A stretch of DNA of 64,000 bases from the human T2T-CHM13v2.0 reference genome, Homo sapiens, in NCBI RefSeq assembly GCF_009914755.1, contig NC_060928.1. The stretch is one strand, 5' to 3'. Below the pieces are notes generated by a model. The model was not told the DNA's origin, did no database searches, and saw only the letters and a list, made by a program, of their open reading frames with translations. Positions 38,570 to 53,024 of this stretch are shown here, piece by piece (the first letter of the stretch is position 1; the number at the start of each line of letters is the position of its first letter). Both the position numbers and the translations under genes were made by a program.

Positions 38570-41342
38570 TAAATGAATAAATTCCTAGAAACAAACAACT
38601 TACTAGGACTGAATCATGAAGAAACCAGAAAATCTAAACAGACAATAATAAATATATTGAATCAGTAATCAAAAGTCTCCCAGCAAAGAAAATCCCAGGA
38701 TCTGATGACTTCACTGGTGAATTATACCAAACATTTAAAGAATAATTAACAGTACTTTTTGTCAAAGCCTTCCAAAACATTAATGAGGAGGGAACATTTC
38801 CAAAATCATTTTATGAAGTCAGCACTACCCTGATACCAAAGCAAGACAAGGACAAGAGAAAAAAATATAGAGAGCAATATGCCTGGTGAGCATAGATGCA
38901 AAAATCCTGAACAAAGTACCAGCAAAGTGAATTCAGTAGCACATTTAAAGGATCATGCACCATAATCAAGTGGGATTTATCCTTGCAATGCAAAGATAGT
39001 TCAAAATATGCAAATCACTAAGTATAATACACCACATTAACAAAATGAAGGATAGAAAAAGTATAATCTTCTCAATAGATGCAGGAAAAACATTGGACAA
39101 AATCCAACACCCTTTCATAATAAAAACTCTCAGCTTTATTAGATCTAGAAAGAATGTACCTTAACATAATAAAGGCAATGTATGGCACACTCACAATGAA
39201 CATTATGCTTAATAGTGAGTAGCTGAAACTTTTTCGTTTTAGATCAGAAATAATACAAGAATGCCCATTCTTGCCATTTCTGGCAAGTACTTGCACAGTA
39301 CTGCAAGTCCAACAAGAAAAATAAGTGAAAAGCTTCCAAATAGGAAGGAAGAAGTGAAATCATCTCTGTTTGCAGATGACATGATTTTGTATATAGAAAA
39401 CCCTAAAGACTCCACTAAAAAGCTATTAGAACTAATAAATGCGTTCAGTAAACTTGCAAGAGAAAAATCAACATACAAAAATCTATATGCTACCAATAAA
39501 CAATTTGAAAAAAAATTAAGGAAATGATCCCATTTACAACATCAAAAAAGAATAATATAGGAATAATTTTAACCAATAGGTGAAACATCTATACATTAAA
39601 AACTATCAAACATTGATGAAATATCAAATATTGATGAGGTGAATAAGACACAAATAAATGGAAAAGTATTGCATGTTCCTGGACTGGAAAAATAATATTA
39701 AAAATTTTATAATACCCAAGGCTATCTACAGATTCAATGCAATCTCTATCAAAATTCCAATGGCATTTTTCACAGAAATAGAAAAAACAATTCTAACATT
39801 CATATGAAACCACTAAAGAAACTGAATAGTTAAAGCAGTCGTGAGCAACAATGACAAAACTGGAGACATCATAATTCTGATTTCAAATTATATTAAAATG
39901 TTATAGTAATCAAAACCGTGTGGTACTGGCTTACAAACAGACACATGGACAAATGGAATAGAATAAATAGAGGGCCCACAAATAAACACACAGATATATG
40001 GCCACTTAATTCTAGACAAAGGAACCAAGAATGCACAGTGAGGATAGTCTTTTCAATAAATTGTGATGGAAAAACCGGATATCCACATGCAAAAGGATGA
40101 AATTTGATCCTTATCTTACACTACACACCAAAAGCAACTTCAAATGGATTAAAGACTTAAATGTAAACCGCTAGAAGAAAACATATGGGAAAAGCTCCTT
40201 GCCAATCCTCTTGGTAATAAATTTTTGAATATGACACCAAAAACATAGGCAATGAAAGCAAAAATAAACAAGTAGGACTGCATAAATTGAAAAATGTCTG
40301 CATAGCAAAGAAAAAATGAACAAAATGAAAAGGCAAACTGTGGAATGAGAAAAGATATTTGCAACACACATATTTAATAATGGATTAATATACAAATATG
40401 TAAGGAACTTACACAACTAATAGCAAAAAGAAATTAAAAATAGGCCAAGGACCTGAATAGACATTTTTGAAGACACACAAATGACTAACAGGCATATAAA
40501 AAGGTGCTGAAGTAACCAGTGTTGGTGAGAAAGTGGAAAAATGGGAACCCTTGTACATTGTTGGTGGGAATGCAAATTAGAACAGCCATTATAATAAATA
40601 GTATGAAGTTTCCTCAAAAAATTCAAAATAGCCCTACCATATTACTTGGCAATGCCTCTGCTGAGTATATACCCAAAGAACATGAAATCAGCACCTCATA
40701 GAGCTACCTGCACTTCCATGTTCATTGCAGCATTACTCACAATAGCCAAGATATCAAAAACTACCCAAGTGTCTTGACAACAGATGAATGAATACATTTG
40801 TTGGTAAATGTGGTATATATATGCAGTGGAATATTATTTATCCTTCAAAAAAGAAAAAAATCCTGTCATTTATGACAACATGGATGAACCTATTGATAAG
40901 CCAGACACAGAAAAACAAACTCTGCATGATCTCACATATCTGTGAAATCTAAAAAAGTCAAACTCATAAAAACAGAAAGTGAATGTTGATTCCAGGGTCT
41001 GAGGGATAGGGAAATTTGGATGATTTTGGTCAAAGGGTATATATACACTTTGAATTATAAAATGAATATGTTTTGAAATCCTAATGTACAGCATTATACT
41101 TAAAGTTAATAATAATGTATTGTATATTTTAATTTGCTTAGAAAGTAAATCTTAAATATTCTCATCATACACACAAACACACACACACAAAGGGTAACTA
41201 TGTGAGGTGATGGATATGTTAATTAGCTTGATTGTAGTGGCCATTTCACAGTGTATAAATATATCAAATTATCACATTGTGCATCTTCAGTATATACATT
41301 TTGTATTCATCAATCACACCTCAGTAAAGCTAAAGAAATAAA
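38570..41342 (+). mobile_element. L1MA8/L1MA9-like element: decayed ORF2 3' half and 3' UTR
   Basis: RT motif [26 protein letters not shown] (ORF 39261-39527), WYW..NRH.D.WNRI, and 3' end ggtaactatgtgaggtgatggatatgttaattagcttgattgt...cctcagtaaagct. Many stops, frameshifts and deletions. Confidence 0.92.
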
Positions 41343-41483
41343 GTTTTTGGGGGTTTTATGAAGCTTTTTGTGGCCAGTGATAAGAAAAACAATTATATCT
41401 TAGATATACTTCACAGAAGTCAGCTTTTTGCTCAAAGGATAGATAAAGGATATATAAAAATTGAAAGATGTTTGTGCTGTTAA

Positions 41484-41822
<339 letters not shown>

Positions 41823-42909
41823 TAAATGCTATCATGTTGAAAAGTGCTAAGTCTATCCTACTAGTGCACTGGTGCCCATATATATGGTGGCTTGAACTTG
41901 TGCAAAGGCTATATAGGAAGAAGAAGTGACCAGATAGAGTCTTTTGTGCCCCACTCTGACTTCAATCTGAATACCTTTGATTTTCGTAAATTGACTAATT
42001 TTCATTCCACATAGGACATTGTTTTACAAAAGTTTTACGATAAAAGTGACATTTCCAAAGCCTGAAATCAGTGTAAGCCATAAATTCTATTACTCTTTCA
42101 AAGATAAGTCCCCCCAATGATACAGTATTATTTGAAAAAATCTGAGAGTCACTGCTTTAAGAATTGTAATTCAAAATGTGTCATATCTACGGGCTTCATT
42201 TAAACACCAACCAACAAACTCTGGCCTACATAATGGAAAATTGAAGCAGAAACTTTCATTTTTAACTTCCCCTTTCCCTTTAAGCCAGTTTTACAACTTC
42301 AATTTATGCAGCCTCATTTTATTCCAACACTTTCTTGCTTTGTCCTTTATCTTGTCCTCCAAATTGTGCACATAAACCATCACCTATAACTTTAAATAGA
42401 AATCATACCTCCTCCTAAGAATAGTGTCTCTTAACACAGCATGCTATGGTTTAGCAGTTTTTACCAACAGCACCTCTTCTGGCATTTTAATCAAACATTT
42501 ACTTAGACCTTTCTGACACAGTAATAATATTACCTTCTATGACAGACAGAATTTTGATGGAGGCTTTCCTCCCTCTATGATTAAAAATAAATAAAGGCAA
42601 CACTGAAAAAAATTCAAACTGTGACCTTGGGATGCTCGTTTTATAAAAAAGGCTCACTAAAGATCAGAGATATTAGCTGCTAAGGAAAGAAAGCTCAACA
42701 TGAAAATTCTTACAGACCAAGATAGATAAAATGATTTTAAAAGTTCAGAAAAAAGTCAATTCCCTTGTTACGTTAAACAAATTAACCACCTCCTGCCCCT
42801 GGCTGTCTTTGCTAATTTGAATTTTCTGGAATCTGCTGATGCAGGTTTAACATGCTGTATAGAATTAACTTGTTTCCTAATTCCTTTATACTCACACCTT
42901 CACCCTCTA

Positions 42910-43490
42910 ATTCATTCATTCATTCTACAAATACAGTATTGATTGAATAACCACTCTGTGCTAGGTACAGTTTTGAGCAAAGGAAACATATCAGTGGAAA
43001 AAATAAGCCAAATTCCTATCTTTATAGTGGTTGGGTAACTCTAGTGGGGAGCCAGCCTTTCCGGAGTGAGCCAGCACTGCCCGTATAAGCTCAGACAAAT
43101 TACTCAGCCTCCTTTGCTTGTTTCTGTTTTTTAAAAGAGGAAGACATCAGTTTCTACTTCACAGGGGTATATAAGAATCAAATGATTTAATACACATAAA
43201 ACACTTGTTAATAGTCCCTGGCTCATTCTGGGAGCTCAGTAATTAGCTCTCATTATTGTAATTAAATGAGTAAATAGAAACTATTATTTAAGTGAAGATA
43301 ATGCTGTGAAGAAAAACCAAGTAGGATAAGGAGCTTGAGTGATTACAGTTGGGATGGGTCCTGTTACTTAGATGAGCAGGTCAGGGAAAGTTTCTCTGAA
43401 GAAGTAGCATTTGACTTGAGCTCTACAAAGAAATTGGTGATTATGCAAAATTGAAGGCCAGGAGCCAGAAGAGAGCTGTACTTGTGTGTG
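42910..43490 (-). mobile_element. L2 with a nested + strand MIR (~43060-43260)
   Basis: ttcattcattcattc...tgattgaataaccactctgtgctagg; MIR core acaaattactcagcctc...aatcaaatgatttaatacacataaaacactt; L2 resumes at gtcagggaaagtttctctgaagaagt. Confidence 0.7.
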
Positions 43491-43504
43491 ATGAACAGAC
43501 TTCT

Positions 43505-43802
43505 TTTGAGACTGAGTTTCGCTCTGTTGCCCAGGCTGGAATGCAATGGCACGACACCATCTCACTGCAATCTCCGCCTCCCGGGTTCAAGTGATTCTCC
43601 TGCCTCAGCTTCCTGAGTAGCTGGGAACACAGGCACATGCCACCACACCTCGCTAATTTTTTTTTTTTTTTTTTGTATTTTTAGTAGAGATGGGGTTTCA
43701 CCACGTTGGCCAGGTTGGTCTTGAACTCCTGACCTCAAGTGATCCACCCACCTCAGCCTCCCAAAATGCTGGGTCTACAGGTGTGGGCCACCGTGTCTGG
43801 CC
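43505..43802 (-). mobile_element. AluS (Sx/Sq-like) with minimal tail
   Basis: Antisense dimer; TSD gtgtgatgaacagacttct / gtgtgatgaacaaatttct. Confidence 0.95.
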
Positions 43803-45311
43803 CGTGTGATGAACAAATTTCTACCCTGTTTTCCTATCTCCTTTGGCCATATTCTGGTGGGTAAAACAGAATGATGAAACCAAATGAAACAGAGACTAGG
43901 AAGCCAAATGAAACAGGGATTGGTTGAGAAATCAAAAGTAAAAACATCAATAATAAAATCAACAGCCAATCAAGATTTTAAAATAGTAGTTTGGCATATG
44001 AATACCAAATAAATAAATTACACACCATTAACCTGAGAACTAGGATGAACAGATTGTGACAGATTGTAGATTGCCTTAATTGATTGATCTCCAAATTCTG
44101 TCCCTAAGAAACTGGTCCTTAGAGGTCCAATAGATGCTTATACCTCTCCTCTGTCACAAACACCATTGGTCATACATCCACTAGTCATAAGATTTTGTGG
44201 AAATCAAAAGATGATCCTTTTCAGATTGCAGTGAAATAAGACTAAATCATATTACTAACTCTAGGAACTTATTTTATTAGATCCATGAATCACTCATTTA
44301 TCATAGAGAGTTTTCTATCGAAGAACAATGTCCAGACCCCACATTTTGCAGGGAAGAAAACAAAACAAAACAAAGAAGAGGTCCAGGTATTGAGAATAAA
44401 GCACTGTTTTAAAATGTGAGAAGCAACAAAAAATACGAAGAAAAAGACAGTCTTATAATTTGCGAATCAAATAAATTCATGTTATTTATCTTGAAACTTG
44501 ACCTAAATTAAATTTGCCTAAGAGCCAAATGTTTTTATATTCACTTTTATTGTTAATTTTTAGTTCTTGGCTATGAAAAATGACTTATTTGTTTTTATCA
44601 GAAGCATAATTTTTGATGCTATTACAATTTCTGGTATTTTCAAAGTTTATGCAATTAGACAAACTTCTTATTAGAGTAGAATTTGTTTTAATATTCTCCT
44701 GTAACTTAGCCCCCAAATTCTCTTTCCAGCCTACCCTTTCCATGCACCTGTCACATTAGGCACAATGAAATACTCATCATCTCCTAAATATCTGCCACCA
44801 ACATTTTATTTCTCCTAGTCCTTCAATTCAAACGTATCTGTAGTCAATAGCCTTTCTTTAAGGCAAAGTATCATGAATTTTAAATAGAGAAACCAGTAAT
44901 GGAGAGCTCAAGTCAGAGTGAAGGAAGAAAAATGTACCCATAAAAATATTTGCAAACTGAGGAAAGAGTGACATAAAGAGGTTATGAAAGATATATAGAC
45001 TTAGGCAGAGTGGCAGAGTTTCTGCAAGTGCTTGAATGTCAAGGAAGGTCCAGGTATGGCTGTGTAAGTGCTTTTGGGGAGTGAGACTAATTGTTGGATG
45101 AAAAAGTGTCAATGGTTAGCAGAGTCATGACTATAAAAATATTTTTACCCTTTGCTTTTATAAACATGTAATTCTGTTAACAGACAATGGTTAGTAAAAA
45201 ATTAAAGTTGCAGTGCAATTTCCATCAGTCCTGGCACACAGCCCTTGCTTAGCTCACAGGTTTCATTACCACGCAGGCCTCTGTAGTGGGCCAACCTCAG
45301 TGTAACAGTCC

Positions 45312-45361
45312 GTATTCATGTGTATTCATGTGTATTTCATGTGTGCATTCATGTGTATTCA
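45312..45361. repeat. Minisatellite, ~10-bp unit GTATTCATGT, ~5 copies
   Basis: gtattcatgt gtattcatgt gtatttcatgt gtgcattcatgt gtattca. Confidence 0.8.
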
Positions 45362-45428
45362 GCATGCTCAGTTTTCACATCCTATTCCAGGGAAGATGTT
45401 TGTATCAAAAGACTTTGGAACACCTTAA

Positions 45429-45791
<363 letters not shown>

Positions 45792-46854
45792 GTATCTTAC
45801 TATTTTATGGGACAAGGTCAGTGTTAGGTAGGTAAGTCAAGATCCCAGGAGCTTTTAGTTGATTATTCACTGATACTGGTTAAATGTTTCCACTAAATTC
45901 CCTATAGTCTATCCAAAATAAATAGTATTTTGAAAATTCTTTTTTTCTATCATCTTTGTTCTAATACAAATAGTAAGAATTTTAAGACACTATTGTACCA
46001 AGTAGATTTTAACTCAAAATGTACTGCAAACTGAAACAATAAGGCCCCAATAGTTTGGAGGAAGCTGAAAAAGATGGATAAATTGAGAATTATTCTTAAA
46101 AATGATACTCTCTCTCTCTCTCTATATATATACATATGTATAAAATGAACATCTCATTTATTACAACATAATTAAATGTTGTAGGACCAGATGGAACAGA
46201 TTGAATTTGTCTTCTTTCCAAAAATACACCTTTAAACAGTGGAGTAAGAAAGTTGTGCAGCAATTCTGTCACTGTTTATTTTCCCCATTACTTTATAACT
46301 GTACTACTCATATTTAATTCAGTTGCATTTTTCTTCATTTAAGAACTCAAGTTGATTGAGTCTTTCTAAAGATTGTAACTTAATTTTTATGGAAACAATT
46401 TCATATTTTCATTGTTATCATTTCATATAACATTTAATTAAATTTAGTAATTATAATAAAAAACTCACAAACGATTGAAGATAAGCAATTCTTGGTGAAC
46501 ATACAACTGGTGGTAGCTAATGGGCACAGGTAACTAGGAGTTAATGTTCTGTGGGCAGCAATGAATCATATGATCCACTGGGAAAAAGAGAGCCTCAGCT
46601 ATTCTGGAAACTCAGTTAAACAGGTATTGGCCAAAATAGCAATGTTTTCTAAGTCCTTGTAACATGTTTTTGCTCACAATGAATGCATTTGTAGTGACAA
46701 GTGCAGAACTAGAAAGTAAATTCACTTTGATTACAAACTATTTCTGAATGTTTTCAGTACTGTTGTTGATAATGTAGTAGAGCAACATATGAATCATTAT
46801 ACCTTTTAAATTAATTTCATAAAACCAATAAAAATTGTTTTCTTTTCTAAACTA

Positions 46855-47105
46855 CAGAGTGGTCCAAAGTAGAAATTCTGGATTCAGATAGTTTAGAGTC
46901 AAATTTCAACTGAACCATTTACAAACTGCGACCCTGGGAAAGTTACTTAACCTCTCTGTACCTTATTCTTCAATGGCAAAACAGAGGTAATAATGGCATT
47001 GAACTAATAGGGCCATGAAGATTAAATGATATAACACATGCATGGAGCTTAGCCTTGTGCCTGGTCCAAAGTCAGAATTCAGCAAATGTTAGCTACTATT
47101 CTTAT
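46855..47105 (+). mobile_element. MIR, near full length
   Basis: gaccctgggaaagttacttaacctctctgtacct...gaagattaaatga...gtgcctgg...aaatgttagctactatt. Confidence 0.85.
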
Positions 47106-47483
47106 TCTTTTTGTTATTATTATTTTCGTTTGTGCCTAAAATGCTAAAAAGATGACCAGTTCTTTCAGAACACTTATGAAACAAATTCTGAGAAGGGTAC
47201 TAGAGAAGGAATCAACTAGATCTAAGAAGAACATCCAAACGTAGGGAACATAGGGTAAGGAAATGTGGAGATTTTCATGTATTTGCAATTGGAATATTTC
47301 TTTTTTTTTGCTTTTATTTCCAAACAGAAATTATATTTTTGACAGTTCTGATTTAAAGATCTTATGAAATAAATTGATCCAATTACTAAACACTTTATGT
47401 GAAAACAAACACCTCTTTAGAATAAGTTTTGAAAAAATATACTGAACTGTTACAAATGAAAAATGAATATTCAAATGACTTTT

Positions 47484-49760
47484 TGTATTAGTCCGTTTTC
47501 ATGCTGCTGATAAAGACATAGACAAGACTGGGTAATTTACAAAAGAAAGAGGTTTAATGAACTTACAGGTCCACGTGGCTGAGGAGACCTCACAATCATG
47601 GTGGAAGATCAAAGGCACATCTTACGTGGCAGCAGACAAGAGAAGAGTGAGAGCCAAGTGAAAGGGGTTTTCCCTTACAAAACCATCAGATTTTGTGAGA
47701 CTTATTCACTACCACGAGAACAGTATGGGGGAAACTGCCACCATGATTCAATTACCTCTCACCAGTTCCCTCCCACAAGACGTGGGAATTATGGGAGATA
47801 AAATACAAGATGAGATTTTGGTAGGGACACAGCCCAACTATATCATTCCGCCCTGGCCCCTCCCAAATCTCATGTCCTCACATTTCAAAACCAACCACAC
47901 CTTCCCAACAGTCCTGCAAAGTCTCAACTCATTTCAGCATTAACTCAAAAGTCCACAGTCCAAAGTCTCATCTGAGACAAGGCAAGTCCCTTCCACCTGT
48001 GAGCCTGTAAAATCAAAACCCAGTTAGTTATTTCCTAGCTACAATAGGGTTACAGGCATTGGGTAAATACAGCCATTCCAAATGGGAGACATTGGCCAAA
48101 ACATAGGGGTTACACGCCCCATGCAAGTCCAAAATCCATCAGGGAAGTCAAATCTTGAAGCTCCAAAACAATCTCTTTTGATTCTATGTCTCACATCCGG
48201 GTCATGCTGATGCAAGAGATGGGTTCCCATGGTCTTGGGCAGCTCTGTCCCTGTGGCTTTGCAGGGTACAGCCTCCCTCCTGACTGCTTTCATTGCTGGG
48301 ATTGAGTGTCTGTGGCTTTTCCAGGTGCATGGTGTAAGCTATTGGTGGATCTACTGTTCTAGGGTCTGGAGGACAGTGGCCCTCTTCTCACAGCTCGACT
48401 AGGCAGTGCCCCAGTAAGGACTCTGTGGGGGAGCTCTGATCACACATTTCCCTTCCACACTGCCCTAGTAGAGGTTCTCCATGAGGGCCCCACCTCTGCA
48501 GCAAACTTCTGCTGGGGCATCCAGGCATTTCCATACATCCTCGGAAATCTAGGCAGAGTTTCCCAAACCCCAATTTTTGACTTCTGTGCACTCGCAGGCT
48601 CAATACCACATGGAAGCTGCTAAGGCTTTGGGCTTGCATCCTCTGAAGCCAAAGCCTGAGCTCTATGTTGGCACCTTTCAGCAATGGCTGGAGCAGCTGG
48701 GATGCAGGGCACCAAGACCCTAGGTTGCACACAGCACAGGTGACCATTTTTCCCCTAGGCCTCAGGGCTTGTTATGGGTGGGGCTGCAGTGAAGACCTCT
48801 GACATGTCCTGGAGACATTTTTCCCATTGTCTTGGGGATTAACATTTGGATCCTCATCACTAATGCAAATTTTTGCAGCCATCTTGAATTTCTCCTCAGA
48901 AAATGGGATTTTCTTTTCTATTGCATTGTCAGGATGCAAATTTTCCAAATTTTTATGCTCTCCTTTCCTTATAACACTGAATGCCTTTAACAGCAACCAA
49001 GTTACCTCTTGAATGCTTTGCTGCTTAGACATTTCTTCCACCGGATACCCTAAATCATCTCTCTCAAGTTCAAAGTTCCACAAATATCTAGGGCAGGGGA
49101 AAAATGCCACCAGTCTCTTTGTAAAACATAACAAGAGTTACATTTGCTCCAGTTCCTAACAATTTTCTCATTTCCGTTTGAGACCACCTCAGCCTGGACT
49201 TTATTGTCCATAACACTGTCAGCATTTTGGGCAAAACCATTCAACAAGTCTCCAGGAAGTTCCAAACTTTCCCACATTTTTCTGTCTTCTTCTGAGCTAT
49301 CATAACTGTTTCAACTCCTACCTGTTACCCAGTTCCAAAGTTCCTTCCACATTGTCAGATATATTTTCACCAGTGCCCTACTCTACTGGTACCAATTTAC
49401 TGTATTAGTCCGTTTTCATTCTGCTGATAAAGACATACCCAAGACTGGGCAATTTACAAAAGAAAGAGGTTTAGTGGACTCACAGTTCCATGTCGCTGGG
49501 GTGGCCTCACAATCATGGCAGAAGGTGAAAGGCACATCTCACATGGTGGCAGATGAGAAGAATGAGAGCTAAGCAAAAGGAGTTTCCCCTTATAAAACCA
49601 TCAGATCTTGTGAGACTTATTCACTACCATGAGACCAATAGGGGGGTAACACCACCATGATTCACTTATCTCTCACTGGGTCTGTCTCACAACATGTGGG
49701 AATTATGGGAGATACAATTCAAGATGACATTTGGATGGTGGACACAGCCAAACTGTATCA
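47484..49760 (-). mobile_element. Full-length THE1 (B/C-type) MaLR provirus: LTR 47484-47845, internal 47846-49400, LTR 49401-49760
   Basis: Two direct LTRs TGTATTAGTCCG...TATCA around ~1.55 kb of THE1-int; antisense gtaaattggtaccagtagag next to the 5' LTR; TSD ctttt/gtttt. Confidence 0.97.
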
Positions 49761-51584
49761 GTTTTCTACAACTTTTATAAATGCATAGGGTATTACAAAT
49801 ACCGTAAATTAGTTGGTTAATATTTAGTATGGTAGAATATATTCTATCTACATTTTCTGGGGAAATCAAAGTTACTTTGGTGTCATAACTCATTTAAGCC
49901 AAATTGATTGGGTTTCATTTTTCATAAAAGATGCTTCTTTTAAGAATAGTAAATATAGCAAATCAATAATATTGATACTGACATTAATTTATGCCACAAC
50001 ATCTAAGAGGGTATGCAGGGGAACATCTGTTACCAAAGAGAGAAATAACAAAATATTTATATATTGTGAAACAGAAAAGATGATTTAAAAATTTAGAATT
50101 TCATATACATACATACAAATACATAAATGTTTATATTAATAGCTATATTTTTTCTTACTCCCTGCCTCCATTTTCCATTGAATCAAATTTCTGTATATAT
50201 AGATACCAATTCCTATGAGCTTCTGGAAATCCCTTCTCTTGCTGTCGGTTTTTTCTCCCTTTATTCTCCATGTTTTGTTTTGTCCTTCCCACTTCTCTGT
50301 TTGTAGCTCTCATCTTTTTTTCCCTTAGTAATGTCTGGTTCTTGTGACTTTGATAGTTGTTCCTGTTTCTGTCCAGGGGGTGCTACTCAGATCTATCTCT
50401 GATGAAGGATTTACTTCCTTCAGGTTGGCCAGACCCCATCTAAAAGCTAGACCCCAATGAAAAACACAGGTCTTCACGTTTTGGTATTGACCACTTCTCT
50501 TGGTATAACTTTAACATCTTTTAGGTTAGCAGTGTCTTTCCCAGAGACAACCCTCCCCTTAGCACTCCATCCCCTGAAACATGGATGGAGGGAGCAAAAC
50601 AAGTGTCTTGGGTAAAAATAAAATCCCTTTCTATCACACTGGAGTCAATCCAATTCAGACCTGTTGCAAGCTCTGCAACTGAGATAAGTCTACGTGATTT
50701 TGGTTGTCAGCTAACAAAGCTAAAAGTGTTCCCTTTAAATGACAATGTCTAAGCTTTCAGAACCCACAAAGAAATTACAAAAAGTTATTACTGTACCTGT
50801 GTTGATACATAACACTCTATCCCATAAATGTGTACAAATATTATAAAGCAACTAAAAACAAAATTTTTAAAAGGTTCTTATTTCATAAACTGCTCACCGT
50901 TTTAGTTTAGTTCTTTCAGATTTTACTGGAGTTATTAAAATTTGTAACAATAACAACAGTCATTCAAATTAAAAATGATTCAAGGACTAAAAATTCCCAA
51001 TAAAGAGAGAAAACACAAAGGGAAATTAGGAAATACAAGAAAACTGAAATGACAAGGCTGGTTTGATATGCTTAGTGGTAAAAAACCTTAAAATCTTAAA
51101 GACACATATATTTAACCTGAGGGCAAAGAGGAAAATTTCATGTACTATTGCAAGTGGCTTCCTAAGATTTTAGAAATAAGAACCACAGGCAAATAATAGT
51201 TAATTGGATTGGAGCTGACATACCATAGTACCAAAAGCCATAGCAATTAGATACCTACTGTCATCGGTAGTTGAAAATTCTACACTGTTTCTTTCTAATT
51301 TTTAAACTTATATTTTCCTTTTACTTTTCTTTTCAATCTTGAAGGTCCTTTATTGATTTTCTTATATTTCATTATCTCAAAACACAGTATGTGCTACCTT
51401 GAAGTTTGAATTTCCAAGAAATTTACTTTGAGCATAGGTCTTAAGTATTAACATTTTTCTTGAATGAATTGTCATATTTATTATTAGCACACAAGGGGTC
51501 AAAACAACATAAATTTATTATGTTTTATAAATAATTATTAAATATCAAAACTGACATTTAGGAATGTTCAAAATGCATTTCTTT

Positions 51585-51710
51585 TTTCTTTGAACTCTTT
51601 ATTTTAGAAATTTTCAAATGCACAGAAAAGTTGAAAGAAGAGCACCATGAATATCTTCACACCCTTTGCCTAGATTCACCAATTGTTCATGTTTTGGCAC
51701 ATTTGCTTCG
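51585..51710 (-). mobile_element. L1MC/ME-type 3' terminal fragment
   Basis: ttttattttagaaattttcaaatgcacagaaaagttgaaagaa...cctagattcaccaattgtt..atgttttggcacatttgctt. Confidence 0.65.
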
Positions 51711-52267
51711 GGGGCGATTAAGTACATATAATACAGAATGGCATTGTTTCCCAAGAGGCCCAGGTTTAGAATGAAATCCTATAAATAAATTATTGCTCAA
51801 GCAACCTCTCTGTCTTTTTAAATTTTTTTGTAGGAATTATAGACCAAAAGGCCTCTTACCTCCTCAATTATTCCTGAGATGTCCTTGAAAATGTCTTATA
51901 CGCACATGAGTAAGCTCCATTGGCTGTCACCTTACATTATCATCTTCTTGCCTTTACATAGACTTCCATGGAGAAACCAATGGTATCTGTGATAGCGTGC
52001 AACAGAACTCCCCCAAGTCACAGGTATACCCAAAGGTACCTAACCTTGCCAATAGGCATCAAGATCTTTGACCCAACATTTCCTTAGCATTACCCCCAGT
52101 AAAAAATGCACTCTTCACTCACAGACTATTACTGATGTTCTGTGTTTTCTCATGTTCTTGATGCCCTGGAACCAAGTACATTTGTGAATGCTTTCCTGTC
52201 CCCTCTTTCATGCTATGTAAATCACATCAGTACTGTGCAGCTTGCCTCAATGCTTTTGTTTTTTCTT

Positions 52268-52475
52268 TTCTTTTTTTCTTTTCTTTTTTTTTTTTTTTTT
52301 GAGACAGAGTCTTGCTCTGTCGCCCAGGCTGGAGTGCAGTGGCGCAATCGCGGCTCACTGCAAGCCCTGCCGCCTCCCAGGTTCAAGCCATTCTCCTGCC
52401 TCAGCCTCCCGAGTAGGGACTACGGGCGACCGCCTCCACGCCCAGCTAATTTTTGTATTTTCAGTACAGACGGGG
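52268..52475 (-). mobile_element. 5'-truncated AluY-like element (right arm + linker)
   Basis: T tail, right arm with gcaagc/gccattct, ends at gacggggtt; TSD ttgttttttctt (52256-52267 / 52476-52487). Confidence 0.92.
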
Positions 52476-53024
52476 TTGTTTTTTCTTAATTAAATGACTT
52501 GCTCTTTAGCCTACAACTTACGCCCATCACCAAAAGACTCAAACATGACTTCATATGAACAGAGTCCTTGCCACCATGTAACACTAAGTGAAATCTGTCT
52601 CCCCTCTCTGATTCCTGAAGCCTTATTATTGGGCCTGATTTGTCTGCCTTTCTTCTTTTCTCTTAGGAAAAATTCTCTCCTGCAGGTTTTCAGTCTCTCA
52701 TGCAAGATGATCTCCAATGATCCTACTATACCTCAATACTAGTTGTAGACGCCACTCAAGCTTGAGTGCCTCTGCCTTCCCCAAAATTCATGCACATAGA
52801 CAAACAACGCTTATGAAATAGCCAGAAGAGGAATCCCAACTTAACCTATCAGGAAATATGTTAAAACATGGTAATTAAAAATAAGAAAAATTAGTAACTA
52901 AAGGATGAATTTAAGAAAGAAAAATATTTATTGATGGTCAACTTGAGTATAACCTTAAAAAGAGAAAAAGTATATGATTTAGGTTGTTGTTGAATTCCAG
53001 GAATAAAGGCTGCTAGTATCTTTG

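Noticed and set aside
39261-39527. ORF containing the RT motif FADDMILY
   Set aside because: Fragment of a decayed L1MA ORF2 surrounded by stops and frameshifts; not a functional gene or a novel RT system.
48039-49277. Several 75-120 aa ORFs on the minus strand
   Set aside because: Pieces of the known THE1-int pseudo-ORF, broken by frameshifts.
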